A stretch of 64,000 bases of DNA from Oopsacas minuta (lineage: Eukaryota > Animalia > Porifera), in assembly GCA_024704765.1 (NCBI GenBank), contig JAKMXF010000299.1:1-64000 (forward strand), in the 5' to 3' direction. Numbering within the stretch: the stretch's first letter is position 1; every line of letters starts with the position of its first letter. The translations under genes and the position numbers were made by a program. The notes below the pieces were generated by a model that had not been told where the DNA came from, searched no databases, and was given only the letters and a program-made list of their open reading frames with translations. Positions 9,973-20,800 of the stretch are shown here, in pieces.

Positions 9973-11574
9973 ATGGTTGCGTATAACAATAACTCTCTCA
10001 TAGATCTGCAGTTTAATTTGAATCGTCTATGTGACGGTGTCGTACACAGAGAAATTATTTCCATATCAGAGAGTGAATTTCAGCCAACTCTAGAATTTCT
10101 CAGACAATTGATTGCCACGAAATTTCATATTCCCTTAATCTGCCAGATCAACCTTAGTTTGTCAGGGGTCCCTATCGGCTGCCTACCTCCAGACTGTCAA
10201 CACATTTCTAGCAGACTTTGGAAAAAAGGAGAACGTCTTGTTTTTAACTTAGATTATTATACTAATAGTGTTCTTCTCACACCCATTATCAAATTGTTAG
10301 CACAATTTGATGAGATCATGAAGGATAAAAATTACCGTCTTCTTTATGTATTACTTCATTCGCTTAATCACGAGCATATTAATAAGCATGGCTGGGAATC
10401 TAATGAAGCACTGGGTACCAGACTCTACCTGTATAATTGTAATTTCCTGGATCTGTTGTTTTCCTGTATCAACTCTCTCAATGGCCAACTATTTGACCTC
10501 GAAAAGGATATTCCCTGTCAACAAAATTCAGAAACTCAACTAGAACTCTTTGGAACAGCTGATTCAATTTGTACTGCTCTGAATGCGGCAATGGAATTGT
10601 TATGGAACCTTGGTGCCAGGAGCACAGACCGAATTTTGTTGTTCAGGAAAGGATTCTTGGATCTCTCACAGCAATCAGAACGTATTGCTTGTGGATATAG
10701 AGAATCTCCTCACGAACAGTTTAGAGGTATTGGGAAAGCATTATCAGGAAGTTGTTTAGGTGCAATCCAAGGATATTCCGAGCTGAGAGCTCCTGCGCTC
10801 AAAATAGGGAATGATATCCGGTTCATGGCTACTATTCTGTATAATATTATAAATTCTGAAGAATATTCTACACAACATATGGAGGACGTTTTAAGAATTC
10901 TTATCCTCTTCAGTTGCTCCAACCAGTATAAAATTTCCCTGATCTTTATTCAACGTGATTTCTACTCGCATCTCCTCAATCACTTTGTAACTAGACCCCT
11001 AGTTCGAAACTATAGTAATTCTAACTATGAGATATTCTACATTGTATGTTTGTTGATGCTGAATTGGCTCAAAACTCCTCTTGCAGACAATCCTCCTACC
11101 GAACTAATGGTGTCTCTTGTACGTCTATTCAAATTGTTCTCCACGAGCATTGAGTTACAACATATTCTTGATTTTGAAGATCATACTGGATTCATTTGGG
11201 GAACTTTGGATCCGTTTTTATCTTTCTTTTTCATTCCTAGAACCTCTATAATCGGACGAATATATTATAACTCTTCATCCCATGTAGGTATTGCTTTAGA
11301 ATTGCTCAAATGCTATTTCAGAGTTCTTGTATTCTCTCTGGATGTGATACTCCATAGAGATCTCAGCAGACAGCAGTTGTTAGAAGAAGATCTTTTCACA
11401 TTTCTCATTATTGCTGATTGGTATGTTCCTGATGCAAAACTATTATCTCGCATTAAGCAGTGGTATCCAGAAATATCTTACTTGCCAGTTCCTTCCCTCT
11501 ACAATATCTCAGCTACTCAAGCTGTTGTTCAGGGCTATGGTGAATTTCCTGAAGTTATTCACCCGATTCTCTGA
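9973..11574 (+). CDS. Uncharacterised 533-aa leucine-rich alpha-helical (ARM-like) protein, possible C-terminal SOCS/BC-box-like motif
   Basis: Long intact ORF between confident genes; 'AAMELLWNLG' is ARM-like; C-terminal 'VPSLYNIS'. Family not recognised. Confidence 0.6.
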   Translation: MVAYNNNSLIDLQFNLNRLCDGVVHREIISISESEFQPTLEFLRQLIATKFHIPLICQINLSLSGVPIGCLPPDCQHISSRLWKKGERLVFNLDYYTNSVLLTPIIKLLAQFDEIMKDKNYRLLYVLLHSLNHEHINKHGWESNEALGTRLYLYNCNFLDLLFSCINSLNGQLFDLEKDIPCQQNSETQLELFGTADSICTALNAAMELLWNLGARSTDRILLFRKGFLDLSQQSERIACGYRESPHEQFRGIGKALSGSCLGAIQGYSELRAPALKIGNDIRFMATILYNIINSEEYSTQHMEDVLRILILFSCSNQYKISLIFIQRDFYSHLLNHFVTRPLVRNYSNSNYEIFYIVCLLMLNWLKTPLADNPPTELMVSLVRLFKLFSTSIELQHILDFEDHTGFIWGTLDPFLSFFFIPRTSIIGRIYYNSSSHVGIALELLKCYFRVLVFSLDVILHRDLSRQQLLEEDLFTFLIIADWYVPDAKLLSRIKQWYPEISYLPVPSLYNISATQAVVQGYGEFPEVIHPIL

Positions 11575-11709
11575 GAATATTTTTCTTTCTTTATTCATTG
11601 ATACATTTGTGTAATTTGGATTGTAATGTATCTTTCTTTTTATTCATTTTTAATTATAAATACATTCATTTTCCTCTTATTTTGTTAACAATAATTTGTT
11701 AGTTAGGAC

Positions 11710-12150
11710 ATGTGTGCAGAAGCTACAGGCATAGGTATTCAGATAGAATCAAGTGACAGCTCTCTTGAAGAAGGGTTATTATCTTTGCTACAACCAGCAG
11801 TAGAGACAATCAGTGACAAGATAGTACTAGTTCTGAGCAGTCAAGAAGAGCTAGGCTCTCAGGTAGCTCAGCTCTCCACGGCACTCGATCTGCTAGCACA
11901 AAAGCAAGCCATCCCCGTAGATATTGACCACTACACACGAAATCTAGCTAACTCTAAGAGACGTGTCTTGTTACTGGGCTCCTCAGTTACTTCAATCCAA
12001 GAGAGGCTCACTCGTCTTCAAAGGCAGATTACACTGGAAATAGCCAAACGTAAGAACATTCTAGACACAACACCTAGTACTCCCGTCCATACACAAGATA
12101 CTCCTGTTATCGAGCAGAAGCAGACAGAAGATACTACCACAAATAAGTGA
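11710..12150 (+). CDS. SNAPIN: Snapin (BLOC-1/BORC subunit)
   Basis: 'EGLLSLLQPAV..I...I..V..SQ.EL', 'DID.Y...L.NSKRRV.LL....SIQERLTRL' match the Snapin pattern. Confidence 0.9.
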   Translation: MCAEATGIGIQIESSDSSLEEGLLSLLQPAVETISDKIVLVLSSQEELGSQVAQLSTALDLLAQKQAIPVDIDHYTRNLANSKRRVLLLGSSVTSIQERLTRLQRQITLEIAKRKNILDTTPSTPVHTQDTPVIEQKQTEDTTTNK

Positions 12151-12351
12151 ATAATAAATTCAAAATATATAATACAGTCTGTTCATTGATAGAATCGGTG
12201 TAAATTTATTATTAATTAATATGATAGTGTAAGCTACTATTTACACTTAATAGTGTTATCATTTCATTCAATCTTAAACAGCTTATAATCCATATAATCA
12301 AATGTATTTAAGTTCAAGAATCATCTATAATTAGTACACAGATCCTGACAG

Positions 12352-13719
12352 ATGATCCTCTTCCTTCTTATAATGACAGCTCTAATAAATTCCATCTTAG
12401 TAGATGGATCACGTTATGGCACATTACGAAATAATCAAGATTCTGATCCAATCCATCCTTTATACTATTTAATCTACGGTAACATTATAGCTAAAGAGAT
12501 AAGTTCTGTAAAACAGGGATTAGAAATGAAAATTGTTGAGTTTATTCAAGATTATTTCTCACCACAACTCCTCTCATATAATTGTCAATTAGTTCAGCCA
12601 CTGTACATAATGAACCTATCCAGGACTGCTCTCTATCTTAGTACTGATGGTCAGACACCTCTCCGTGTTCGTATATCTTGGATTAATGCAAAAGGTATAC
12701 AGGTGTTCCAAAGGAGACAAATATCAAAGGGTGTTCTTATTTCTTTTCGTTTTTATTCTATTTGTGAAAAACTTGATTATCTCAATGAAGTCACTCTCCT
12801 GTATAGGGAAAGCAAGTTTCATGTTCATTACCAGAACCATTACTTTATTCAGGACAGAGATTATGTAGATAAATCTCTGAGAATATTAACCTTAAATATT
12901 TGGAACACAAATAGTCGTAATAATACTTTAGCTGATTATTTGATGCGTTTAGAGCTGATGATTGAAGAAATACAGAAATCTAAAGCAGATATTATTGGTC
13001 TACAAGAAGTTAGGTTTGACAGCCGTCAAATCGGTGTATCACCCTTTCAGATGGAACAATTATCTTTAAGACTACCACAATACAATTATATATATCAGCC
13101 AGCTAGTTTGGATATCTCTATTGACGTGACCAATAGTACATTGGAAGAGGGATTGGTAATTATGTCTCGTTTTCCCATTTCTAGCTGGAGTTATATTCTA
13201 CTTCCAAGCGATATCTTTCTTGATGTCCACCAGCGCATATGTTTGCAAGCGGAAATTGAAATTCCTGGCGGATCTAAGCTCCACGCGTTTGTAACACACC
13301 TGTCCTTAAATCACGAGTTGAGGGAGCTCTCAGTGCAAGATATTGTCCATTTCATGTCTGCTTTTGAGGGAAACAAAGTTTTGTTCGGAGATATGAACTC
13401 TGAACCTGATAGTGCAGAGATGCAATATCTCCGTGACACAGGATTGAACGATGCTTGGCTTGCTTTCTACCCAGAGCCAGAGATTAGACCGCCAAGAAGC
13501 AGTGGGAATGGAGTACAGAGGTTTTACGGCTTAACATTCGATGCTACCGACCTGCAATTAAGGAAACGTATTGACTTCATTTATCTGGATTTATCTAACT
13601 CTTTAATAGCTAATAATATAGAGTTAATCGGGTTAAACGATAAAGACATAATTTCGGATCACTTAGGAGTATTATTGTCTAATTCTATCAGTACTAGTAG
13701 ATCTAGAGAAGATCTCTGA
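12352..13719 (+). CDS. Secreted endonuclease/exonuclease/phosphatase (EEP) family protein
   Basis: Hydrophobic signal peptide; EEP motifs 'LTLNIWN', 'DIIGLQEV', 'IMSRFPI', 'VTHLS', 'FGDMN', 'RIDFIY', 'SDHLGV'. Confidence 0.85.
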   Translation: MILFLLIMTALINSILVDGSRYGTLRNNQDSDPIHPLYYLIYGNIIAKEISSVKQGLEMKIVEFIQDYFSPQLLSYNCQLVQPLYIMNLSRTALYLSTDGQTPLRVRISWINAKGIQVFQRRQISKGVLISFRFYSICEKLDYLNEVTLLYRESKFHVHYQNHYFIQDRDYVDKSLRILTLNIWNTNSRNNTLADYLMRLELMIEEIQKSKADIIGLQEVRFDSRQIGVSPFQMEQLSLRLPQYNYIYQPASLDISIDVTNSTLEEGLVIMSRFPISSWSYILLPSDIFLDVHQRICLQAEIEIPGGSKLHAFVTHLSLNHELRELSVQDIVHFMSAFEGNKVLFGDMNSEPDSAEMQYLRDTGLNDAWLAFYPEPEIRPPRSSGNGVQRFYGLTFDATDLQLRKRIDFIYLDLSNSLIANNIELIGLNDKDIISDHLGVLLSNSISTSRSREDL

Positions 13720-13776
13720 TAGCTATATTGTGTTATTTATTTATTTAAATATATTTATTAGATCTTTTAATTGATT

Positions 13777-14361
13777 ATGAAGAAAGAAGATATGAAGATA
13801 GCTGTAGTGTGCTCTAGCAATCAGAACAGAAGTATGGAGGCTCACGCATTTCTCAAAAAGAAGGACTTTGATGTTCATAGCTTTGGGTCAGGGACTCAAG
13901 TAAAGCTTCCTGGAGCTAGCATGCATCAGCCTAACATATACGACTTCAACACAACATACGAAGAGATGTACCGGGATCTTGCTAGTAAAGACCATCAACT
14001 CTACACTGGTAACGGAATTCTACGGATGCTAGACCGCAATAGGAGAATTAAGCCTAAGCCAGAACGGTTCCAAGACTCGTCCCTTCTCTTCGATATGATT
14101 GTTACTTGTGAGGAACGGGTTTATGACCAAGTACTGGAGGAGTTCGAGAACAGAACTGTACGGTTATACAAACCTGTCTATGTTGTGAATATAGATATCC
14201 TGGATAATCACGAGGCGGCTACGCTCGGAGCTATCACCATAAATGATTTCTGTCAGAAAGTAAAAGATTCTGCTGACCTAGACGGTTACATCGAGGAGGT
14301 GATTATCCGTATGGATAATTCCGATTGGACTAATTTGCTTTATGCAGTTGTGTTCTATTAA
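13777..14361 (+). CDS. SSU72: RNA polymerase II CTD phosphatase Ssu72
   Basis: 'AVVCSSNQNRSMEAH', 'VHSFGSGTQVKLPG', 'MLDRNRRIK.KPERFQ', 'NIDILDNHEAATLGA'. Confidence 0.97.
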   Translation: MKKEDMKIAVVCSSNQNRSMEAHAFLKKKDFDVHSFGSGTQVKLPGASMHQPNIYDFNTTYEEMYRDLASKDHQLYTGNGILRMLDRNRRIKPKPERFQDSSLLFDMIVTCEERVYDQVLEEFENRTVRLYKPVYVVNIDILDNHEAATLGAITINDFCQKVKDSADLDGYIEEVIIRMDNSDWTNLLYAVVFY

Positions 14362-14448
14362 ATTGTCTAGAAAGTTTTGTTACTTGCATTCATATAAATA
14401 TTATTATATCACATTTTAATATATTGGTTGATTATTTGCATAGCACTG

Positions 14449-15090
14449 ATGCTGCAAAGTTTAAAAGTGAGTCAGTCTTTAACGTGGCTAAGCAGACGAA
14501 TACTTCCCTCTTGGAATTATCACACGAATTCTCCCAACTTCGATTCTCCCCGCAACGAAGAGTTTGTCTCCTCTTCCTATGAGAAGATCGTCCGAATAGG
14601 CTGGCTAGTCTGCTTGAGGAGAGTTATTAAAAAGAGTTTGGGGTGTGACATGAATCATAAAAATGCTTGTGATGGATTGCATTATTTGCGAGTCAAATAC
14701 AATGGCAGTAATTTAACAAGAAATACTTTGGATACAACACGCCTAGAGATTGGAGACTTATTCACTCTTGATAGTCCTGTCTATGACATGTTAGATGGAA
14801 TAAGTTATAATACAAAAAAGGCTGAAGTTATTGAGATTACGAAAAGGAATAGATCTCTGGAGCCTCCGGAGATTCTCAGACGTGGAGCCAAAAGGAGAAT
14901 AAAAGGCATGCGGGCTAAATGGCGGTTTGAAGTCAGAATGAAGATTACAATAACTACAAAGCAATTTTTTCGTCGAATACAGTATTCTGATCTTCCTAAG
15001 AAAGGGATTGAGGCGTTTAATGTGATGTTACAACTTAGCAATCCCAGTGACAATGTCTATGGAGGGAAACCTGTTAGCGAAGGCCGATGA
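14449..15090 (+). CDS. Uncharacterised basic ~213-aa protein with mitochondrial-presequence-like N terminus
   Basis: Intact ORF in a tight gene run; N terminus 'MLQSLKVSQSLTWLSRRILP' is S/L/R-rich and acid-free; family not recognised. Confidence 0.55.
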   Translation: MLQSLKVSQSLTWLSRRILPSWNYHTNSPNFDSPRNEEFVSSSYEKIVRIGWLVCLRRVIKKSLGCDMNHKNACDGLHYLRVKYNGSNLTRNTLDTTRLEIGDLFTLDSPVYDMLDGISYNTKKAEVIEITKRNRSLEPPEILRRGAKRRIKGMRAKWRFEVRMKITITTKQFFRRIQYSDLPKKGIEAFNVMLQLSNPSDNVYGGKPVSEGR

Positions 15091-15199
15091 TTGATTATTC
15101 ACAATTGTATATTAATTAAATAGAAATACTCACATAATATTCTGTATAACATGAATAGAATTAACTAATTAGCATTACTACCAGCTTAGATAATTCAGC

Positions 15200-16288
15200 A
15201 TGATGAAAATATGGCCACGTTATCCCCAAGTAATGCATTCACTGAAAACTAGCAGGCCTAGTGGTATGAGAAATTTGCTTAAGTATTATTCAGTCACGAT
15301 ATCATCTCCGGGATTAAAATCTGGACACCTGGATAACATCATGCACTTGACTCGTGTATATTTGAGTCTGTCCAAATTCCGCCTCTCTCTACTAGTCGTA
15401 TCCACAGCTGTTTCAGGATTCATCATTGCTCCTTGTCCTATTGCTGCTACCGGCATTTTATGGACAGCTACAGGCACAGCCCTATGTGCAGCCTCTGCTA
15501 ATTCATTAAACCAACTCTTCGAGATATCATACGACTCTGAAATGAAAAGAACTTCCAATAGAGTGCTAGTTCGGGGAATTATCTCTCCATTCCATGCCTG
15601 TTGTTTCGCTATAACATCAGCTGTGTTAGGCAGTTCAGTTCTATTCTTCGCTTTGAATGAGTTGACTGCATTGCTCGGATTATTTAACATAGTCTTATAC
15701 TCATTTGTTTATACTCCAATGAAGAGATGGTCAATATATAACACATGGGTAGGATCAGTAGTAGGAGCTGTACCTCCTCTCATGGGCTGGGTAGCAGCTA
15801 CAGGATCTATCAACTTACAGGCTTGTGTATTGTCTGCTATTCTATTTGCCTGGCAATTCCCACACATTTCTTCTCTATCCTGGTACACAAGAAAAGATTA
15901 TTTGAATGCTAAATACACTATGATGTCACTCGTTGATCCTGAAATGAATGCAATGGTTGGGCTCAGATATTCTCTGCTAATGCTACCCCTATGTTATTGT
16001 GCTCCTCTCCTGGGTGTAACTACTTATTGGTTTGTTGTAGACTCTCTTATACCAAATGCTCTCCTAGCTTGGTTCGGTTGGAGATTCTACAGAGATAGAA
16101 ATAACGACAGCGCTAGAAAACTATTTAGAATAACTTTATTTCATCTCCCACTCATCATGATGCTCATGATTATAAACAAGTCTAAAGTCTCTGAAAACCA
16201 CGAAACCCAGACAGAAAATTCTAACAATAATACATTCTTAGAGTCTAACATACTTATACGAAAGAAACAATCACAAAATCTAATATGA
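15200..16288 (+). CDS. COX10: Protoheme IX farnesyltransferase (heme O synthase)
   Basis: 'YLSLSKFRLS.LVV', 'ASANSLNQLFE..YDSEMKRTSNR.L', 'YTPMKR.SIYNTWVGSVVGAVPPLMGW', 'WQFPH'. Confidence 0.97.
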   Translation: MMKIWPRYPQVMHSLKTSRPSGMRNLLKYYSVTISSPGLKSGHLDNIMHLTRVYLSLSKFRLSLLVVSTAVSGFIIAPCPIAATGILWTATGTALCAASANSLNQLFEISYDSEMKRTSNRVLVRGIISPFHACCFAITSAVLGSSVLFFALNELTALLGLFNIVLYSFVYTPMKRWSIYNTWVGSVVGAVPPLMGWVAATGSINLQACVLSAILFAWQFPHISSLSWYTRKDYLNAKYTMMSLVDPEMNAMVGLRYSLLMLPLCYCAPLLGVTTYWFVVDSLIPNALLAWFGWRFYRDRNNDSARKLFRITLFHLPLIMMLMIINKSKVSENHETQTENSNNNTFLESNILIRKKQSQNLI

Positions 16289-16397
16289 ATCGAATATTAT
16301 TATTGTTTATTTACTTGTAAATATTTTACTCACTTATAAATTTACTAATCGAACTAATTAGCTAACAAATCCAGTTACATATATGAAGAGTTAATCT

Positions 16398-17749
16398 TCA
16401 GGCAGGTATCTTCAGAATGTTTGGATGCACGAATGATCCCACAAAGATATAACCTTGATACTCTTCTGCATGTGATACGTAGCGAATATGTTGAGCCACT
16501 TCGTCATAGTAAAAGTCCAGTAATTCTCCTTCCTCTCCCAATCGAATAAATATACTTTCTTTAGGTGATACAGTACTTAAAATAAAATCTGTACTGAACA
16601 GTTTAAACGCCTATAAATTGTATAAATAATATTTGACAAATAACAAGTTGAGTTAATATAATAATACTCACCAATTTATTGATGATTGGGTGATTTGCTA
16701 TAAAGTCTGTGATATAAGGCCATTTTCGCATAGATCCCAAACCGACCAAATAGCCACCTCGTGGACTTTTCCTGATATTATCCGGTGAGCCAATGAGATT
16801 GTCTGCGAAAACTTCTATCTTCCTATCTCCGAGTGAATACCTCAATATTCGTGCTCGTGTTGTTTCTGTAATTAGCAGTGATACGCCGTCTGTATGTAAC
16901 TCTAAGCCATTCGCGAAGTACAGCTCGTTTGCTACTTCTGTCAGTTCATTTGTATCTAGCAAGAATTTGAACAATCTCCCTCTTGGTCTCAGCTCTGAGA
17001 ACTCGTACAAGAAATCTTTCAAATTATTCTTGTAGGAAACGTCTGTGAAAAATACAGTCTTTTTGTCAGGAAGTATAACCAGATCGTCTCCAAATTTGAT
17101 TGGTTTCTCTGTATTTGCTCTGCTGAAATCTAAGATGAGGTCTTTCGTCAGTTTAACAATATTTATCTTGAAGATACCGATAAAGGCATCAATCACCAGC
17201 AAGTGCTCCTCATCAAGTAATCTTATACCCAAAGGTCTACCGCATCTCTCTTCTGGATCTTTTCTTTTTTGGTTACAATGCTCGTCATCTAAACCAGCAT
17301 TTCCTAGAAAATAGAATATAGATTAATAATTAGTTCATACAGTGACAGTACATACCTGTCCTCAGTAGAATTTCCACTCCAGTCAGATCAAGTTTGAACC
17401 TTGCGATTCCCCCAGTCACTAGTCCTGTGTAGACATAGCCTAATGACTCGTGTACTACAAAGCACTCAGCTCCTGGCAATTCTAGAGTAGCTGGGGAGGT
17501 TATTAGCTTTGTTAATTCAGCTGGTGGTATTTCTGGAGGTACTTCTGACAATTGAAGCGGTAGAGGGTCGATAGGACAGGGAGCGAAATACAAATACACC
17601 AACAGTACAACTGTCGAAATTACAAATGCTTTACAGCATAATCCACACCATGAGCTCCCCTTACGATTAGTTTGTGTGTGTACTTTAGTTTCCTTCAGTT
17701 CTCTTTCTGGAGGAGCGTCCTTCTTTCTTTGTCTGGCTTCTTGGTTCAT
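16398..17749 (-). CDS. APMAP: Adipocyte plasma membrane-associated protein (strictosidine synthase-like), 3 exons
   Basis: Exons 17749-17356, 17303-16672, 16610-16398 with GT-AG introns of 52 and 61 bp; N-terminal TM, 'CGRPLGIR', 'FFTDVS', 'LYFANGLEL', 'LIGSPDNIR', C-terminal 'EYQGYIFVGSF'. Confidence 0.93.
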
Positions 17750-17844
17750 GTTTCTGTATACTCATGTAAAAATAGTTAAATTAGTGAAGCTTTGCTATAT
17801 AAGTAATATTTACGATGCTATATTTAGATATTTATTAGAGACGA

Positions 17845-20800
17845 ATGGATACAAACCCTCCCTATGAGGAGTTCGTAACACACTCTGAAGGGTTTGGGGG
17901 TTGCATATTTTTCTCTCTTCTCGGGAGGGACTATCTGCTCTCTTGTGGGTCGGACGGAGATATCAGATTACTGGATCTGTCAGGAGAGAAAGAGCCTATA
18001 GATTTGTATATCGGCTCCTCCCATCTTTACCAATTAGCTTGTGTTTCAGGTGACCTCATTAACACATTATTGATATCTTTAAAATTATTATAATCTTGTT
18101 CTACAGAGCCTACTGCTGGAGTCTTATTCGCTTGTGAAGACAACTCGTTATACTGGATAAATTTGAACCTCAATGACTTCTCAAAGCATACAAGGAAGAT
18201 AATCACCAGGTATCTGCGTGTATAAGAGTTGTAGCCTGGCTAATGTGCTGACTCTATGTATTCTGATAGGTTTGCCTCTGCTGTATACTGTGTGACTACA
18301 GATTCTAGTGGCCGTTGGATAGCAGCAGGAGCTGCAGACTTTACAATTAAGCTTATCCCAGCATCTGCCATTCTAACAACAAATCAATACACTTGTCATG
18401 TTCTAGACACTCATTCAGCTCCCGTACTATCTCTATCATTCAGTAGTGATGGTCTTATCCTATGCTCTACAAGTTGTGACGGACACCTCATCGTTTGGTG
18501 TACTAACAGTAGAACTGTTAAACACAAGATATCTGTTCTCAGCCCTAAAGTTTCTGATTTGTCTCTCTCCTCCTCTCGACTAGTTGCTGCCCTATCATGT
18601 ATGACAGCTGACATATGTTTCATGGCCACACCCCAGAGCTTCAGTGAAGAAGAGTGTCCCTCTGTCCCAGTATACTCCTCACTCGATTATCATCTTATTG
18701 ACAGGTACATATTTTAATATTATCTTATTATATGTTTAATTTTGTGATTGTATCAGACTAGTTTCCAACTCTACTACTGACTCCAGATCTTCTGGAACAT
18801 TCCATTGCTGCGCTTGGTCTCCAGACAGTCTCTATCTAGCTGCTGGCACTGCTTTGGGTCATATTATTATCTGGAGCTGCTCTGTAGATGATACTCGTGT
18901 TATTTTCAAAAGAGTTTCCATATTACGTCACACTTTAAGAGGAGATATAATTTCTGTTGCTTGGGGGGTGTCCAATATAACTGGCAAGTTAATGTTAGCT
19001 GCTTTCACAAAGTCTGGCTACTTAATACTATATGAGTCTCTTGAACTTACTCCTTGTACTATTCAGGCTAATGCGAATCAGTTGGATGACAGTTTGTTGG
19101 ATGGTCTCCAAGCAGCTGATCTGTTTGATTCCCAAGAATCTCACTCTAATATTCAAGTAAACGGGAGTAATATAAACATGGAAGAAAGCAGTCTTGATTC
19201 TAAACCACGTAAGTTGTAATATAAACTCTATTTGTTATTATATAATTGATTATGTTCTTATACTACATAAATATCTCAGAGACATCTCCCACAAAGACTG
19301 ACAGAAAAGCTGCCAAAAAGCGCAAGTTCGTGCCAGAATGGGAAGAAGATATAGCTATTATTGAGCCAGAGTACTCACAATCTTGTTCTGAACCTGTTAT
19401 CCAGCCAGAGCCCTCCTTATTACGTCAGGAATCTTTTCAGCCCAGTTCTTGGCCTCCTTTCTCTCAGATTACTGGATCTGAGCACGTATGTCTCTGCTAT
19501 AACTTAGTAGGAGTTGTAATCAGTCACAAAGCTCCAGGCGCGTTTGAAGCTGAGAGTGAAAATAAGCATTTTAACTTTTTGATAGAGGTAAGCTGACTTT
19601 ATACCAGTTATTGCTTATAACTATTTCACAGTAGCTGATCTATTAGGTAGAGTTTCACGACCGAGGGGTACATCACCCTCTCCAGCTTATTGATCCGCAT
19701 TGGTTCTCTGTTGGTGTTCTTACCGATGAGTTGTTGGTGCTGGGAGGCAGTGGTAATAGAAATGTTAAGAAACAGCCGAAGGATCAGTGCTTGATACAAG
19801 TACATAGATTCAATGCTTGGGATGGTTCCAAAGAATGGAACGCTCAGCTGCCAGAAGGAGAGAATGCTCTCTGCCTTGCAGCAGGCAGAGACTGGATTGC
19901 TGTAGTTTCTGATTCTCTAATTTTGCGTCTGTTTGGCACTGAAGGGACACAGTTCGATCTCCTCAAGATGCCCGGTTATCCGGTGTCAACTGCAGGCAGA
20001 GGAAGTCGACTAATTTTAGTTTATCATCAGAACTGCACTCTCAAAGACAGTCAAAACATGAGTTATTATCTCTTAGCAGTTTCTGGAATGAAACTAGTTC
20101 TGCTCGCTGAAGGAACACTGGTGATATCTCTGAATTCTGAGTTAAGATGGATTGGATTTACTTCTGCAGAATCTCCAGTAATCCTGGACTCATTGGGACA
20201 TTTAGAGGTACTCCATATTTATATATTTACTAATATCTATACTGATATTATGTGTTAGGTTGGTAGAGTTAATTCAAGAGGTGTTATATGGGCACCTATG
20301 CTAGACTTCAGCAAAACTGTACGTAAAAAGAGGAATACTCACAAGCTTGTAATTCTGGGTATCACTCCCTGTCTGGTAGAACCAACTGAAGATGAGGAAT
20401 CAGTCTGTAACGAAGAGATCAGATACATTGTACCCTCTCATGGCTCTCACTACCCTTCTCTATATCCTCGTCCCTCTGTACAGGTTGTCACTTATAATCC
20501 TCCATTCTGTTCCGTGGCTACTTCCGGAGTACTCTCTCTCGAGCAGCGGTACTTCCTCTCCACGTTCTGCTACGGCCAAGTAGCCAAACAATCTCAGGAG
20601 GAACTCATGCGACTATTCGCACTAGCTGCTCGCTCCGGGTCCTTCCAGAGAGCTCTGGAGGTAGGAGCTTTGTTGAATCAGCAATACAAACAGTTGGCTA
20701 TCACTTATTCGTCTAGACTACAGCTGTCCATGCTTGGTCAGAAAATGAACTCTCTTCTAGATGCTGGGAGAGTAGAAATAACAGATACAGCTGTAACAAT

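Noticed and set aside
2855-16288. Bacterial operon or contaminant contig
   Set aside because: The genes are eukaryote-specific (ATG9, SNAPIN, SSU72, PSMB6), and adjacent genes have spliceosomal introns.
18218-18228. GTGTATAAGAG, an 11-nt match to the reverse Tn5 mosaic end in a WDHD1 intron
   Set aside because: Short enough to occur by chance in AT-rich DNA, and it disrupts no reading frame.
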